Positions 26,628-36,982 are shown, counted from the stretch's first letter. The stretch is DNA of 64,000 nt from an uncultured virus (IMG/VR IMGVR_UViG_3300008116_000020) (IMGVR_UViG_3300008116_000020:1-64000), one strand, 5' to 3'. Program-made: numbers and translations. Notes: generated from the letters alone by a model not told the origin.

Positions 26628-28212
26628 ACTTTTCTGTGTTTTCGATAACGATTTGTTTTACCTTACCGTTACTTCTACTGATTGGACATTTAACACCAAC
26701 TGAGATAATTAAAACTTTACCTTTGACTTTTGAGAAGTCTAATGTATCTGTATAACCATCTGTTAAAAGTACAGAGTTACAATCGTTGAAGTTTGCTACA
26801 ATGTGATCAATCATCGGTTGTAAACAAGTACCACCTAAACCTTTAATTGGAATACTTTCTAATTGTTTCTTACTTTTAATTCTTTCTACCCAATTTACTT
26901 GTGTATCAGACTCCATAAAGTTGATCTCAATGTCATTTCGGTAAACATATGATAGAACTCTCTCGAAAGTACCTTGACCACCCATTGAACCAGATGTATC
27001 TAATCCAACATTGATTTTAGTTTTAACTTTCTTGTTACCTTTCAAACCAGAGATACTCTTACGGTTTGGTTTAACAATAGTTCTTTCTTTAACAGTACCA
27101 AAAATCATATTAGAAACTGCTCTCTTAATTTCTCTAAGATAGTCTTTTCTTTTCTTTCTTAATTTATTAAGAGTTTGTTCAACGTTACCTGCTGATAAAC
27201 CTCGAGCGGCTAATCTTTCCATAACATCTTTAACCATAGCATTTCTCATTTCCTCAGGAACATCATCACCGATGTGTTTATCTAAGTATTCGCCATTGTT
27301 ACCATCTTCTAAGTCTTGGAAGATTTTCTCTTTAGACCAAGTATCTAATGAGTTGCCATCTTTACCTTGTGGGTTTTTACCATAAGGTCCATAAGAAGGC
27401 TTACCAGTTGAGTCAGTATCGCCATCACTTCCAGTACCATTACAATCTGGACAATCTTCACCTTGACCACCACCATTTTGTGGTTGATTTTGACCTTGTT
27501 GTTGACCTTGTCCACCACCTTGACCATTTTGATCTTGTTGGTCTTGACCTTGTCCTTGACCTTCACCTTCACCAGGTTGTTGTCCTTGACCATCTTTTTG
27601 ATCTTGACCTTGACCACCACCTTGATTTTGTGGTTGACCTTGTCCTTGACCATCTTGTTTTTGTCCTTGACCTTCTTTTTTACCAGATCCGTTACAAGTT
27701 TTACAACAATTTTTCTTTTGTTCTTTTTGCCACTTCTCTTTCTCTTCTTTCATCCACTCGTATAACTCCTCGAAGATAAGGTTACCTGTGTATTCTTTAG
27801 GAACAAAAAGTGCCATGTTTTTACCATCTGGTGACTTTGGAATTTCAACGAAATCGTGTGTAATATCTTCCCAAATAACATGGTTGATAATCATATCTTG
27901 TACGATATTAGACATTTTATGATCATATTGACCAGTTACGGTACGTTTTGGGTGATCAAAAAGTAAGTGGAAGTCCTCGTGTAAAGTAATAAAGTTTACT
28001 TCTTTTTGAGACATATCAGCAAGAAACTTCGGAGAATAGTAAAAGTTCATACCTTTACTAGTCACGTTTACAGCACAAGTACCAATAGTATCTTGTTCAT
28101 GGAAATTGACATGTAAGTTGAACTCACCATAGTAAGGTAGGTTAACTTTGGTATCAATCAAGAGTTGTTGAATACCATTCAACAGTTTTTCGTGAATGTT
28201 TTTAAGTGTCAT
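26626..28212 (-). CDS. DUF2201-type metallopeptidase-like plus VWA domain protein (likely MoxR partner)
   Basis: HEDFH (HExxH); MIDAS DTSGSM, GGT and LTDG; Q/G-rich insert between two CxxCNGxG motifs. Confidence 0.85.
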   Translation of the reverse strand: MTLKNIHEKLLNGIQQLLIDTKVNLPYYGEFNLHVNFHEQDTIGTCAVNVTSKGMNFYYSPKFLADMSQKEVNFITLHEDFHLLFDHPKRTVTGQYDHKMSNIVQDMIINHVIWEDITHDFVEIPKSPDGKNMALFVPKEYTGNLIFEELYEWMKEEKEKWQKEQKKNCCKTCNGSGKKEGQGQKQDGQGQGQPQNQGGGQGQDQKDGQGQQPGEGEGQGQGQDQQDQNGQGGGQGQQQGQNQPQNGGGQGEDCPDCNGTGSDGDTDSTGKPSYGPYGKNPQGKDGNSLDTWSKEKIFQDLEDGNNGEYLDKHIGDDVPEEMRNAMVKDVMERLAARGLSAGNVEQTLNKLRKKRKDYLREIKRAVSNMIFGTVKERTIVKPNRKSISGLKGNKKVKTKINVGLDTSGSMGGQGTFERVLSYVYRNDIEINFMESDTQVNWVERIKSKKQLESIPIKGLGGTCLQPMIDHIVANFNDCNSVLLTDGYTDTLDFSKVKGKVLIISVGVKCPISRSNGKVKQIVIENTEK

Positions 28213-28260
28213 AATTCGCTTTTAATTTATTTTACAAATATAATAATAATTTTTCAAATA

Positions 28261-28722
28261 CTATTTTCTTTTTAGATTTTTTTCTTCTTGTTGTAAGAGT
28301 TTATCTAAATCACTCTCAATTATAAATCTTTTCTTAGATTCTGTATCAGACATTCTTTTATCCATTTCATCATCAAAAAGATCACAAACATATAATGAGT
28401 TTTTAACTGGTATATGTAACTCATATAAGTTATGACTTGTTTCATTTATATCCATAATAGTCATAACTGATTCACCAGTTGGGTTATGTTGAAAAACAAG
28501 AAGAAGATTATCTTTTTCTATTTGTCTAATTCCAAATGTATTAAAAGCCAACTTAGTATTTTTATCCTTTAAAAGAAGTTTCCAAAGTCTTATAGACTTT
28601 TCCTGGAAAGGAGTAATGGTTTTGTTCTGTTCCGGTGTAATAGAATTATCGAAACGTCTTTTCCATTGTCTCCAACGAACTCTTAATCTTTTAAATCTCC
28701 AACTTAATTTATATCTAAACAT
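28261..28722 (-). CDS. hypothetical protein
   Basis: 153-aa ORF with a basic N-terminus. Confidence 0.55.
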   Translation of the reverse strand: MFRYKLSWRFKRLRVRWRQWKRRFDNSITPEQNKTITPFQEKSIRLWKLLLKDKNTKLAFNTFGIRQIEKDNLLLVFQHNPTGESVMTIMDINETSHNLYELHIPVKNSLYVCDLFDDEMDKRMSDTESKKRFIIESDLDKLLQQEEKNLKRK

Positions 28723-29114
28723 TACTTAATCATATTAATTTTTGCGTCTCTAACTTCAGCCTTATTAAGAGGCTCTCTTAACTCATTACCTTTACTATCA
28801 ACTAAAACTGATGTATCAACTGTATCTGATCCAGTTTTCTCAATAAGTGAAAGAATGTAAGGATTAGTTGTTTCTTTACCATCTTCAGGTGAAATTTGCT
28901 CATATATATTCATAGCAACTTCTTCAAACGGAGTTAAGTTAAGAATAACCGATGGATCTTCATCACTGTGTTTGTCAAGTGCTAAAATAAGTAACAAATA
29001 AAGTTCTTCTTTATCTAATTGGTTCATCTTCTCAATTTGAGAACATACATTTAAGTTTGTGTAAATATCTACAAATAAGTCAGATACTACTAGTTTTTTT
29101 TCTTCTTTAATCAT
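28722..29114 (-). CDS. hypothetical protein with C-terminal RDAKINMIK tag
   Basis: ORF with the shared tag. Confidence 0.55.
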   Translation of the reverse strand: MIKEEKKLVVSDLFVDIYTNLNVCSQIEKMNQLDKEELYLLLILALDKHSDEDPSVILNLTPFEEVAMNIYEQISPEDGKETTNPYILSLIEKTGSDTVDTSVLVDSKGNELREPLNKAEVRDAKINMIK

Positions 29115-29293
29115 ATTAATTTATATGTTTTAGTTTCTAATTGTTTAGAATATAAAATATAAAAAGTATATTATAAAATATACAATGTTTATTAGCATTA
29201 GAGAAACAAAATATTCCTCATAGTCGGTTTTTTTAATACCTAAAAATGATATTAGAGTTACCAATGTAAATATAATAAGGTGTGCTAAAATAC

Positions 29294-29575
29294 TCATATT
29301 CGATTTAATATTTCATCTATTCTTTTATCTCTAGTTTCATCAACATCATAGAATACCGCTCTAAAAGTAATTCTATCCATTTTATGTTTGATATTTTTAT
29401 TATCAATGACCCAGTATGTTTTCCAACCACCATTAGTTTTATAACCATCTTCCCAAGAGTATGTTTCATAAAAACCATCATATATCTTACCTTTCTCATA
29501 GATCTGATTATCAGAAATGCTCATTGCATTCTTACAAAGGAATTTTGCTTTAATTACTTCAGATTTCATATACAA
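29294..29575 (-). CDS. hypothetical protein with RDKRIDEIL tag
   Basis: ORF with the shared tag. Confidence 0.55.
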   Translation of the reverse strand: MYMKSEVIKAKFLCKNAMSISDNQIYEKGKIYDGFYETYSWEDGYKTNGGWKTYWVIDNKNIKHKMDRITFRAVFYDVDETRDKRIDEILNRI

Positions 29576-29892
29576 TCGTAACCTTCAGAATCTCTTAAAT
29601 CATTTACCAAGTTCTCAACAAAACTAACGAATGTGTAAATAGTTGCGTCTTTTGAGAAAAGATGTTTATGTTTTTCGAAGAATCTAAAATATCTTTCTCT
29701 TGTTAAAAAGTTTTTAATCTCAACACAAACTTCTTTAACTTCATCACTAGTCATTTCATAAGCCATAACTGGACCATCGAAATCTTCAAAGTATTTACCA
29801 CCAACTTCTTTACAGATGGCACCTATCAATCTTTCCGAACTTATACTTGTTAAGAAACTACTACCGGAATTTGTTACAATTGTTCTACTCAT
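29566..29892 (-). CDS. hypothetical protein
   Basis: ORF in a chained operon. Confidence 0.55.
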   Translation of the reverse strand: MSRTIVTNSGSSFLTSISSERLIGAICKEVGGKYFEDFDGPVMAYEMTSDEVKEVCVEIKNFLTRERYFRFFEKHKHLFSKDATIYTFVSFVENLVNDLRDSEGYDCI

Positions 29893-30341
29893 ATTCCCAA
29901 TTTTTCCAATCTATATTCTCTATATGCTTGTTTTGTAACAGAACCTAATTCATATGCTCTATGGAAAAAGACTTCAAATATTTCTTCATGTCCTTTTTCT
30001 TTAGCAACCATTGCTCTATTTAGAGCTTTCCACTCATCATGAATTCGACCTGCTTGTGTTCTCGATAAAGATACCATCTTATCACAATCACCATTTGATT
30101 TATCAACTATGTCTTTTACTCGTTTATAGTTTTTTTCAAATTCGGCTTTACTTTGACCGTTCCATTTACCACTCATAATATCAAAACAATTATAAAATCC
30201 ATTTTTAAGTCTTTGACCATTCCACTCTAGAGTGCCCGATAAGTTCTTTCTATTTATTTTACCTTTAAACCAGAACCAATAACAATTATCTCTTTCATTT
30301 TGTAGAAAGTCAGTTAGTTTTGATTTTGATAATTCTTTCAT
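29889..30341 (-). CDS. hypothetical protein with REYRLEKLGI tag
   Basis: starts 3 nt after the suppressor tRNA. Confidence 0.6.
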   Translation of the reverse strand: MKELSKSKLTDFLQNERDNCYWFWFKGKINRKNLSGTLEWNGQRLKNGFYNCFDIMSGKWNGQSKAEFEKNYKRVKDIVDKSNGDCDKMVSLSRTQAGRIHDEWKALNRAMVAKEKGHEEIFEVFFHRAYELGSVTKQAYREYRLEKLGI

Positions 30342-30344
30342 AAG

Positions 30345-30416
30345 TGCGAATAATGGGATTCGAACCCATGACTTAGAGTTTTAGAGGCTCCTACTCTACC
30401 ACTGAGTTATATTCGC
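30345..30416 (-). tRNA. amber suppressor tRNA (anticodon CTA); amino-acid identity unclear
   Basis: GCGAATA TA ACTC AGTGGTA GAGT A GGAGC CTCTAAA ACTCT AAGTC ATGGG TTCGAAT CCCAT TATTCGC A. Confidence 0.85.
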
Positions 30417-30506
30417 GTATAATTTATACAAATATATAAAAAGTAATTAAAAAGTTATAGTTTTGAACTACATTTTTTTAATATATACAATAAAAATGGT
30501 GTTCAA

Positions 30507-31199
30507 ATGACTAAAATAGAAAAACTAACAAAAGATGAATTGATTATTTTAATTGATAATTCTAAAAGTATAAAGGATTTATTATTAAAAATTGGATATA
30601 AAAACACAGGTACTTATTTATATAATATATTTTATGAAGTTTTAAAAAAATATAATATAGATAATCCGAATTTTAAACCACTACCAAGTAATTTAAAGGA
30701 TTATAAAAAATATGAACTATCTGAAATATTTGTAGAGAACTCTAGTTTTAGAAGTAGAAGTTCAATGAAAAAAAAACTTATAAAGTATGGAATATTAGAA
30801 TACGAATGTGCTAAGTGCTCTATTTCTGAGTGGCTGGGTAAATCAATCACACTTCAACTCGAGCACAAAAATGGAATCAACAATGATAATAGAATTGAAA
30901 ATTTAGAGTTATTGTGTCCAAATTGTCATAGCCAAACATCAACATTTTGTGGTAAAAATATCAAAATGGAGGAAAAGTTTTGTTTATGTGGTGAAAAAAT
31001 AGATAAGAAGAAGACAAAATGTAGGAAATGTATCTTGAATAAGATGAAGGAGACAAACTTTAATAACAGAAAAGTTAAAAATAGACCGAGCATTGAGGAA
31101 CTATCCAAATGTGTAGAGGAATATGGTTTTTTAAAAACTGGTAAGAAATATGGTGTATCTGATAATACAATAAGGAAGTGGTTAGGAATAAAAAAATAA
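30507..31199 (+). CDS. HNH homing endonuclease
   Basis: LQLEHKNGINNDNRIENLELLCPNCHSQT; C-terminal HTH GKKYGVSDNTIRKW. Confidence 0.9.
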   Translation: MTKIEKLTKDELIILIDNSKSIKDLLLKIGYKNTGTYLYNIFYEVLKKYNIDNPNFKPLPSNLKDYKKYELSEIFVENSSFRSRSSMKKKLIKYGILEYECAKCSISEWLGKSITLQLEHKNGINNDNRIENLELLCPNCHSQTSTFCGKNIKMEEKFCLCGEKIDKKKTKCRKCILNKMKETNFNNRKVKNRPSIEELSKCVEEYGFLKTGKKYGVSDNTIRKWLGIKK

Positions 31200-31925
31200 T
31201 TAATTTAAAATATCATCTATTCTACCATTTCTTGACCAACAAAGATTATCTTCAATTTCTCTTTCAATATCGCCATATTTAATAATACTACCAGTTGATA
31301 TCATCTCAGCAATAACATAATTTATGATATAAGCACCACCTCTTAAATCATAGTGTAAATCAAGTACAAGATAATCAACGGATTTATCATTTGGTTTAGA
31401 AACTATTGATCCAATTGAATATTTAAGTAGATTGTGTTCCACTCCATCTTTATCATATCCCCATATTTTGGAAAAGAATTCGATAGTAGCTTCTAATAAA
31501 TAAATCCAAGCAATTATAGAAGAAGCATATGCACTAAAGTTATAAGTATATCTAATATAATCAGTATTTAAAACTCTGTGTTCTGTTTGCTCAATATTAG
31601 AAATATCTTTTTCGCTAATTTTTACTTTATCATAAGTGCCATTTTTATTCATCTTTTTATTATCAAAAGATCTTACTTTTAGTTTGTCTAAAATTTCAAA
31701 AAAGAAATCAGATCTATCTTTAGCAATAGAAAATGTAAATCTAAAATCAATTATTGGATCAGGACATTTAAAATTTGACATTCCTGTCGGAGAATTGTAA
31801 CTTAGTTCGTTAATACTAAATTCTATATTAATATCAGTGGTATTAGTATATTTAGCAAACACCATTATATTATGTGGAAGTCTACCACCATTCCACTTCA
31901 TTATATCTACGTCAGTTAACTGCAT
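31200..31925 (-). CDS. hypothetical protein with RNGRIDDILN tag
   Basis: ORF with the shared tag. Confidence 0.55.
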   Translation of the reverse strand: MQLTDVDIMKWNGGRLPHNIMVFAKYTNTTDINIEFSINELSYNSPTGMSNFKCPDPIIDFRFTFSIAKDRSDFFFEILDKLKVRSFDNKKMNKNGTYDKVKISEKDISNIEQTEHRVLNTDYIRYTYNFSAYASSIIAWIYLLEATIEFFSKIWGYDKDGVEHNLLKYSIGSIVSKPNDKSVDYLVLDLHYDLRGGAYIINYVIAEMISTGSIIKYGDIEREIEDNLCWSRNGRIDDILN

Positions 31926-32653
31926 TTTCTTTTTCTTAAAAGGTTATTAATTTTTCTATTTCTATTCTCAACTGTTGAAATTGTTTTCTCAAACCCATCA
32001 AATTTAAAATTTGAGGTTCCGGTTCCAACTAATGTTAAATTAAATTGTCTTGATAATAATTTGAATATTCTATCATTATGACTCTCAAGTCCTCTCAATC
32101 TTTGAGAGATATAAGCAATCTTAAATAATCTCTTTCTTGTTTGTTTAGGAAGTTTATCAAGGAACATTTCTAAATTATCAATCATTTCAGATCTGTAATA
32201 ACTGGATGATAATTGCCATCTACTCATTCTGAATGTGTATTGAATATGCGAACTTGAACCCCAACCAACTGAGAAGTTTAGTTTTGAACTAATTTCAATT
32301 GAATACGTTTTTTCGTAATGAAATGCTTTTGAGTTATCGACTTTATCAGCCGAATATGTATAAGATTTAACCCAGTCATATTTATCTCTTAAATATGTTT
32401 CACCCGGTTTAATTATAGTTGTTTTATGTCTTTTGGTTTTGTTGCAATAGTCGTAACTATATCTTGGGTATTTATAAGTGACTTCCATTTCACCGGTTTT
32501 CACTAATGTTCGATTATAAAATCGATATTCATTTGCCTTAAAATCAACGAATATGGTTTTAAAGGCTTCAATTAGTATTTCTGCTAATTGTCTATTGGTA
32601 AACTTCTTAGTTTTCCAATCTAATTTTTCTACATTTGTAATCTAGTTGTTCAT
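31916..32653 (-). CDS. hypothetical protein; probable start at 32653 with an in-frame TAG at codon 4
   Basis: ATG AAC AAC TAG ATT ACA..., then open and in frame with track ORF 31916..32503; RNRKINNLL tag. Confidence 0.6.
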
Positions 32654-32786
32654 AATTATTTATTTTATTTTTTAATTCTAAATCCAGTAAACCAAAGATC
32701 GATTCTGAAAAAGAATTGACCTTTATTTTTACCAAATCCAATTCTTAACATTCTATTATCTTTGTCTAGTGGAATTTTTTCTAATT

Positions 32787-33032
32787 TCATCTTAATATAT
32801 TATTTATTCTTAAATCCCTAAGATCCTCTTTTGTATAAAAGTATTTATCAAAGTCTGATTTTGATAAAGCCCAATCTCTATCTTCAGTTAAGATATAACA
32901 ATAGATATGTTTACTTTCATAGTTATTTGGTTCTCGATAGTTGTACCAAACATCTTTTTTCCATCTAACATATCCCCATTTTTGTTCTTCATCACCTCTA
33001 TTAAATTTAGTTCGTTTACAAAAAACCTTCAC
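32787..33032 (-). CDS. hypothetical protein with RDLRINNIL tag
   Basis: ORF with the shared tag. Confidence 0.55.
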   Translation of the reverse strand: MKVFCKRTKFNRGDEEQKWGYVRWKKDVWYNYREPNNYESKHIYCYILTEDRDWALSKSDFDKYFYTKEDLRDLRINNILR

Positions 33033-33259
33033 TTTAAAATATCTCTTATTTTATCGTCTCTTAAATCTTCTTTACTACGATTATTAAGACGTTCAAAAGA
33101 TTTATTTGATATGTATAAGAATGATAGAAATATGATAATGTTTATCCAAACAAATGTTTTATTATTTGCTAACCATTGTGGTATAATAAATGGCATAACA
33201 AATATTTTAAAAATACTAACAAATCCTAAATAGATTGAGTATCTATCATATCTTCTCAT
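33029..33259 (-). CDS. two-TM membrane protein with RDDKIRDIL tag
   Basis: two hydrophobic segments plus the shared tag. Confidence 0.55.
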   Translation of the reverse strand: MRRYDRYSIYLGFVSIFKIFVMPFIIPQWLANNKTFVWINIIIFLSFLYISNKSFERLNNRSKEDLRDDKIRDILK

Positions 33260-33520
33260 TTCCTTTTAAATTTTTTATTAACTATTTCAAATGGAATAGA
33301 TTTTATCTTATCACCAAGACTTAGAGTTACCATAATATGTAATTGTTCATTATCAACTACTAAAACTTGATACTCAATATCTTTTTCAAAAAGATCAAAA
33401 TCTTCTTTACATATCAAAATATCACCTTTTTTCATAGGTTTTTTATGATTTTATATAATAAATGTTTAAAAAATAACCAGATTTTTTTAAATAGGTGTAG
33501 ATTTATTTTATATATAAAAT

Positions 33521-34240
33521 ATGAATAAGTTAGATAAAAAGATTTGTAAAGTATGTAATATTGAGAAAGATCTATCTTCTTTTGTTAAATGGAAAAGAAC
33601 ATGTAGAAAGTGTGATATTGAAAATAATAAAAAATGGAAAGAAAAAAATAGAAAAATTATAAAGAGTAATTGTATAGACTGTAATATTGAATATGAGACT
33701 GTTATTTATTCAACAGAAATTCCTAATATTAGATGCAGGAAATGTAGTATAAGAAGTAAAAAAGTTATTTTAACAAATAAGACATGTAAGATTTGTGAGA
33801 TAAATAAAAGTATAGATGATTTTTATAGAGGAAATATTTGTAAGAAATGTTTATTCAAAAAAAGAAATGAGAGATATTATCAGAGATTAAAAGAAGATTT
33901 TCTTTTTAGAATAAAACATAACCTGAAAGTAAGTTTTAAAAAAAATATTAAAAGTTTCAACACTAAAAAAGACTCAAAAATGATAGAAATAATAGGATGT
34001 TCGATCGATGATTTAAAAATACATATAGAGTCTAAATTTGAAGATTGGATGAATTGGGAAAACTATGGTAAATATAACGGTAAATTAAATTATGGATGGG
34101 ATATAGATCACATAATACCAATATCATCATCAAATGATAGTGATGAATTGAAAAAACTATATAATTATACAAACTTACAACCTCTTTGTAGTAAAGTAAA
34201 TAGAGATATTAAAAAAGATAAAATAAATTATGAAAATTAA
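33521..34240 (+). CDS. HNH homing endonuclease
   Basis: multiple CxxC pairs; IIGCS..L..HIESKF, WDIDHIIP and YTNLQPL motifs. Confidence 0.88.
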   Translation: MNKLDKKICKVCNIEKDLSSFVKWKRTCRKCDIENNKKWKEKNRKIIKSNCIDCNIEYETVIYSTEIPNIRCRKCSIRSKKVILTNKTCKICEINKSIDDFYRGNICKKCLFKKRNERYYQRLKEDFLFRIKHNLKVSFKKNIKSFNTKKDSKMIEIIGCSIDDLKIHIESKFEDWMNWENYGKYNGKLNYGWDIDHIIPISSSNDSDELKKLYNYTNLQPLCSKVNRDIKKDKINYEN

Positions 34241-35165
34241 ACATAAACTACTAACTGATTATCAATATATGAGTGTTGATAAAAAGATATTTGTTCTAAA
34301 AGCTGGTACGGTCTTAGAAAATTATAACTACAATATAAAAGGAGATTTTATTTATATAGATAAAGATATTGTTGAAGCTAATCCTGAAATATTCTCTTTA
34401 ATTGATTGGAAGTTTGAATTGATGGCTTTTATGAAAGTTAATAAACTTCCACAACCAGCTCAGTTAGGAAAAAAGTTAATTCCTTTTATAGAAGAGATGG
34501 TTTTATCTTCGGTTAGTCAACAAACTGGTGTTAAGATTGATGAATCTAAGATAAGAGAATTAGAAGAAAAAGAAACCGAACTATTCTCACAAGAACAAAA
34601 CATTCAGAGAGAGAAAGTTTCTTTAGGAACTAGAGAAAGAATTATCAAAGATAAAGAAGATGATTTGGAAGCTAGGTTAAAAAGACTTGAGAAAAAAGAA
34701 AATGATTTTAAATCTGAGTTAGCTCAATTCGAAAAAAGAGAAGATGAATTAAGAGAAAGAAATAGAGAGTTAATTGATAAAAAAATTGATTTAGATGATA
34801 AGCTACAAGATCTAAATGAAAGAGAAAGAAACTTAGATTTAAACGCTTTGAAATCATCTGAACAAATTGACATCAAATATGCGGAATTACAAGCAAAAAT
34901 GGATAGTGATTTAAAAGATCTTTCTAATAAAGAAAAAGAATTAGAGTTAAAATTAAAAGAATTATCTAAAAGAGAATCTGAAATAGAAAAAAGAGAAGAA
35001 GAAATCTCAGATAAAATAAATGAGATAAACGATTTTGATAATCTAAAAAAAGAGTTTGACTTATATAAGGAAGAAGTATTTAAACTAGATCAAGAAATAA
35101 AAGAATGGGAGAGTTTAAATGTTAAACTTCAAAGAATAAATCTTCCACCATCAGCAATACTTTAA
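34230..35165 (+). CDS. long coiled-coil protein
   Basis: E/K-rich heptad pattern over the C-terminal two-thirds. Confidence 0.65.
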   Translation: MKIKHKLLTDYQYMSVDKKIFVLKAGTVLENYNYNIKGDFIYIDKDIVEANPEIFSLIDWKFELMAFMKVNKLPQPAQLGKKLIPFIEEMVLSSVSQQTGVKIDESKIRELEEKETELFSQEQNIQREKVSLGTRERIIKDKEDDLEARLKRLEKKENDFKSELAQFEKREDELRERNRELIDKKIDLDDKLQDLNERERNLDLNALKSSEQIDIKYAELQAKMDSDLKDLSNKEKELELKLKELSKRESEIEKREEEISDKINEINDFDNLKKEFDLYKEEVFKLDQEIKEWESLNVKLQRINLPPSAIL

Positions 35166-35210
35166 TTTAAAAATCCATCTTTTTAAGATGGATTTTTTTA
35201 TATATAGTTT

Positions 35211-35951
35211 ATGAAAGAGTTAAAAAACCTTTATAGCTATTTGAAAAAATCAGATAAAAAGATTTTATTCCTAACAACTTCTAATCGTTGGTCAGGACAA
35301 AATGAATTACCTAAATCAACAATAATTGCTAATGAATTAGCATCTCAATTAAAATCTGTTGAAATTATAAACGTTTCTAAATTAAAAATATTTCCTTGTG
35401 AAGGAAATGTATCAACACACTCTGGTAATACTTGTGGTATTAAAGAAGCTCTTTTAAAAGACAGTAAAAAAGATCCTAATAAATTTATTAGATGTTGGGC
35501 CTCTATCAATAACCCAACAGATGAAATGTGGAAAGTGGCAAACGCTATTCATGATGCTGATATAATCATTTTCTTTGGTTCTATTAGATGGGGTAAAATG
35601 AACGCTATCTATACACAGTTGATAGAAAGACTAACTTGGTTAGAAAATAGATGGACTACGTTAGGTGAAACAAATATTTTAAAAGATAAAGAAGCTGGTG
35701 TTATTGCGGTTGGTCAAAACTGGAATGGTAAAGAATCTGTAAAACTAGAAAAAGAGGTCTTGAAATTTTTTGGTTTCAAAACCCCTGATGTATTAAGTTT
35801 TAATTGGCAATACTTAAATGATGCTAAAGATGAATCTAAAAAAGGTTATAAGGATGCTTATAAAACCTTTATGAAAGATTTCAACTTTGTGCAAACATTA
35901 AAAGAAGGTATTAGAAAATTCAAGGATTTTATAAGTCATGTAACATCATGA
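35211..35951 (+). CDS. flavodoxin-fold NAD(P)H-dependent FMN reductase-like protein
   Basis: PKSTIIA, IFPCEGNVS, ADIIIFFGSIRWG, LIERL and AGVIAVGQN motifs. Confidence 0.7.
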   Translation: MKELKNLYSYLKKSDKKILFLTTSNRWSGQNELPKSTIIANELASQLKSVEIINVSKLKIFPCEGNVSTHSGNTCGIKEALLKDSKKDPNKFIRCWASINNPTDEMWKVANAIHDADIIIFFGSIRWGKMNAIYTQLIERLTWLENRWTTLGETNILKDKEAGVIAVGQNWNGKESVKLEKEVLKFFGFKTPDVLSFNWQYLNDAKDESKKGYKDAYKTFMKDFNFVQTLKEGIRKFKDFISHVTS

Positions 35952-35956
35952 TATAA

Positions 35957-36595
35957 TTAACATAAATAATCTCTTAATTTAATAAAAGGTATTATTGTAT
36001 CTTCTTTTATATTTTTCTTTTCATAAACATCTAAATCTATCTCATACATATCTAATTCTTCTTCTGGAAGATTTATTAGTTTATTAGTTATACCATCTTC
36101 AATTGTTAGAAATGCTTTTAATGCTAATTGTCCTGGTTTTTTTGGTTGACCAGAAGACCAATTCTTATCAGTTGATATCTCGATAGATGCTTCTGATAAT
36201 GTTATAGCAGTCTTTCTTTGTCTATCAAAGTATTTTGAAATTTCCGGTTCACAAGGTGTTGAATTCAATAATAATTCACGTAGCTTTAGGTGTCTCCAAA
36301 CAGTATAATAATTTATACTTATAACACCTTTCTTCTCACTTATCCATTTCATATCAGATATGCGTTTTTTCGCATATTTTACATAGTAAACGGCATATTT
36401 AACTCTGGCTTTTTCAATTTTATCCCAGTCTAACTGACTAGCTTCTTCGTATGAAATACCATCTTTATCAAGAACTTTAGCAATATTTTTACTTCTTTCT
36501 CTTAATTCTTTAACAACACTGAATATAGTTGATCCAGTAGAAAAAGCTGTTTCAATTTTTCTATCAATCATACTTTCAATTTGCTCTTTTCTCAT
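35957..36595 (-). CDS. hypothetical protein
   Basis: 212-aa ORF. Confidence 0.55.
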   Translation of the reverse strand: MRKEQIESMIDRKIETAFSTGSTIFSVVKELRERSKNIAKVLDKDGISYEEASQLDWDKIEKARVKYAVYYVKYAKKRISDMKWISEKKGVISINYYTVWRHLKLRELLLNSTPCEPEISKYFDRQRKTAITLSEASIEISTDKNWSSGQPKKPGQLALKAFLTIEDGITNKLINLPEEELDMYEIDLDVYEKKNIKEDTIIPFIKLRDYLC

Positions 36596-36646
36596 ATGCC
36601 TATTAATTTTTCATAAAGTTAAAAAATTATTTTAATATATACAAAT

Positions 36647-36982
36647 ATGAAAACAATTAAAACATTTGAAGGTTTTTTTGATTTTTTCAAAAATGAAAAA
36701 TCCGATTATAATGAAATTTTATTAGGAGATAATAAAATTTATAAAGTTAAAAAAGGTGATAAATTAGTATTTATGGAACATTATAAGAATTATCTTCTGA
36801 AAAAAGATCCTTCTTTAAGTGATAAAATAAACTTAGATGATCCAGTAACTTTTATACAAATTGAGTCTTCTCATTTAATTCGACCAAATTTGATAGTTCA
36901 AACCATAGATGGTGTTGATTGGGTATTTGGTTCCGATGCTTTTATGTTAGATAAAAATATTAACAATGATGAAAACAATTAA
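36647..36982 (+). CDS. putative head-targeted protein (MKTIKTFEGFFDFFK)
   Basis: N-terminal motif; TTTAATATATAC upstream. Confidence 0.6.
   Translation: MKTIKTFEGFFDFFKNEKSDYNEILLGDNKIYKVKKGDKLVFMEHYKNYLLKKDPSLSDKINLDDPVTFIQIESSHLIRPNLIVQTIDGVDWVFGSDAFMLDKNINNDENN

Noticed and set aside
27345..27779. Alternative-frame ORFs inside the VWA gene
   Set aside because: Shadow ORFs produced by the Q/G low-complexity repeat
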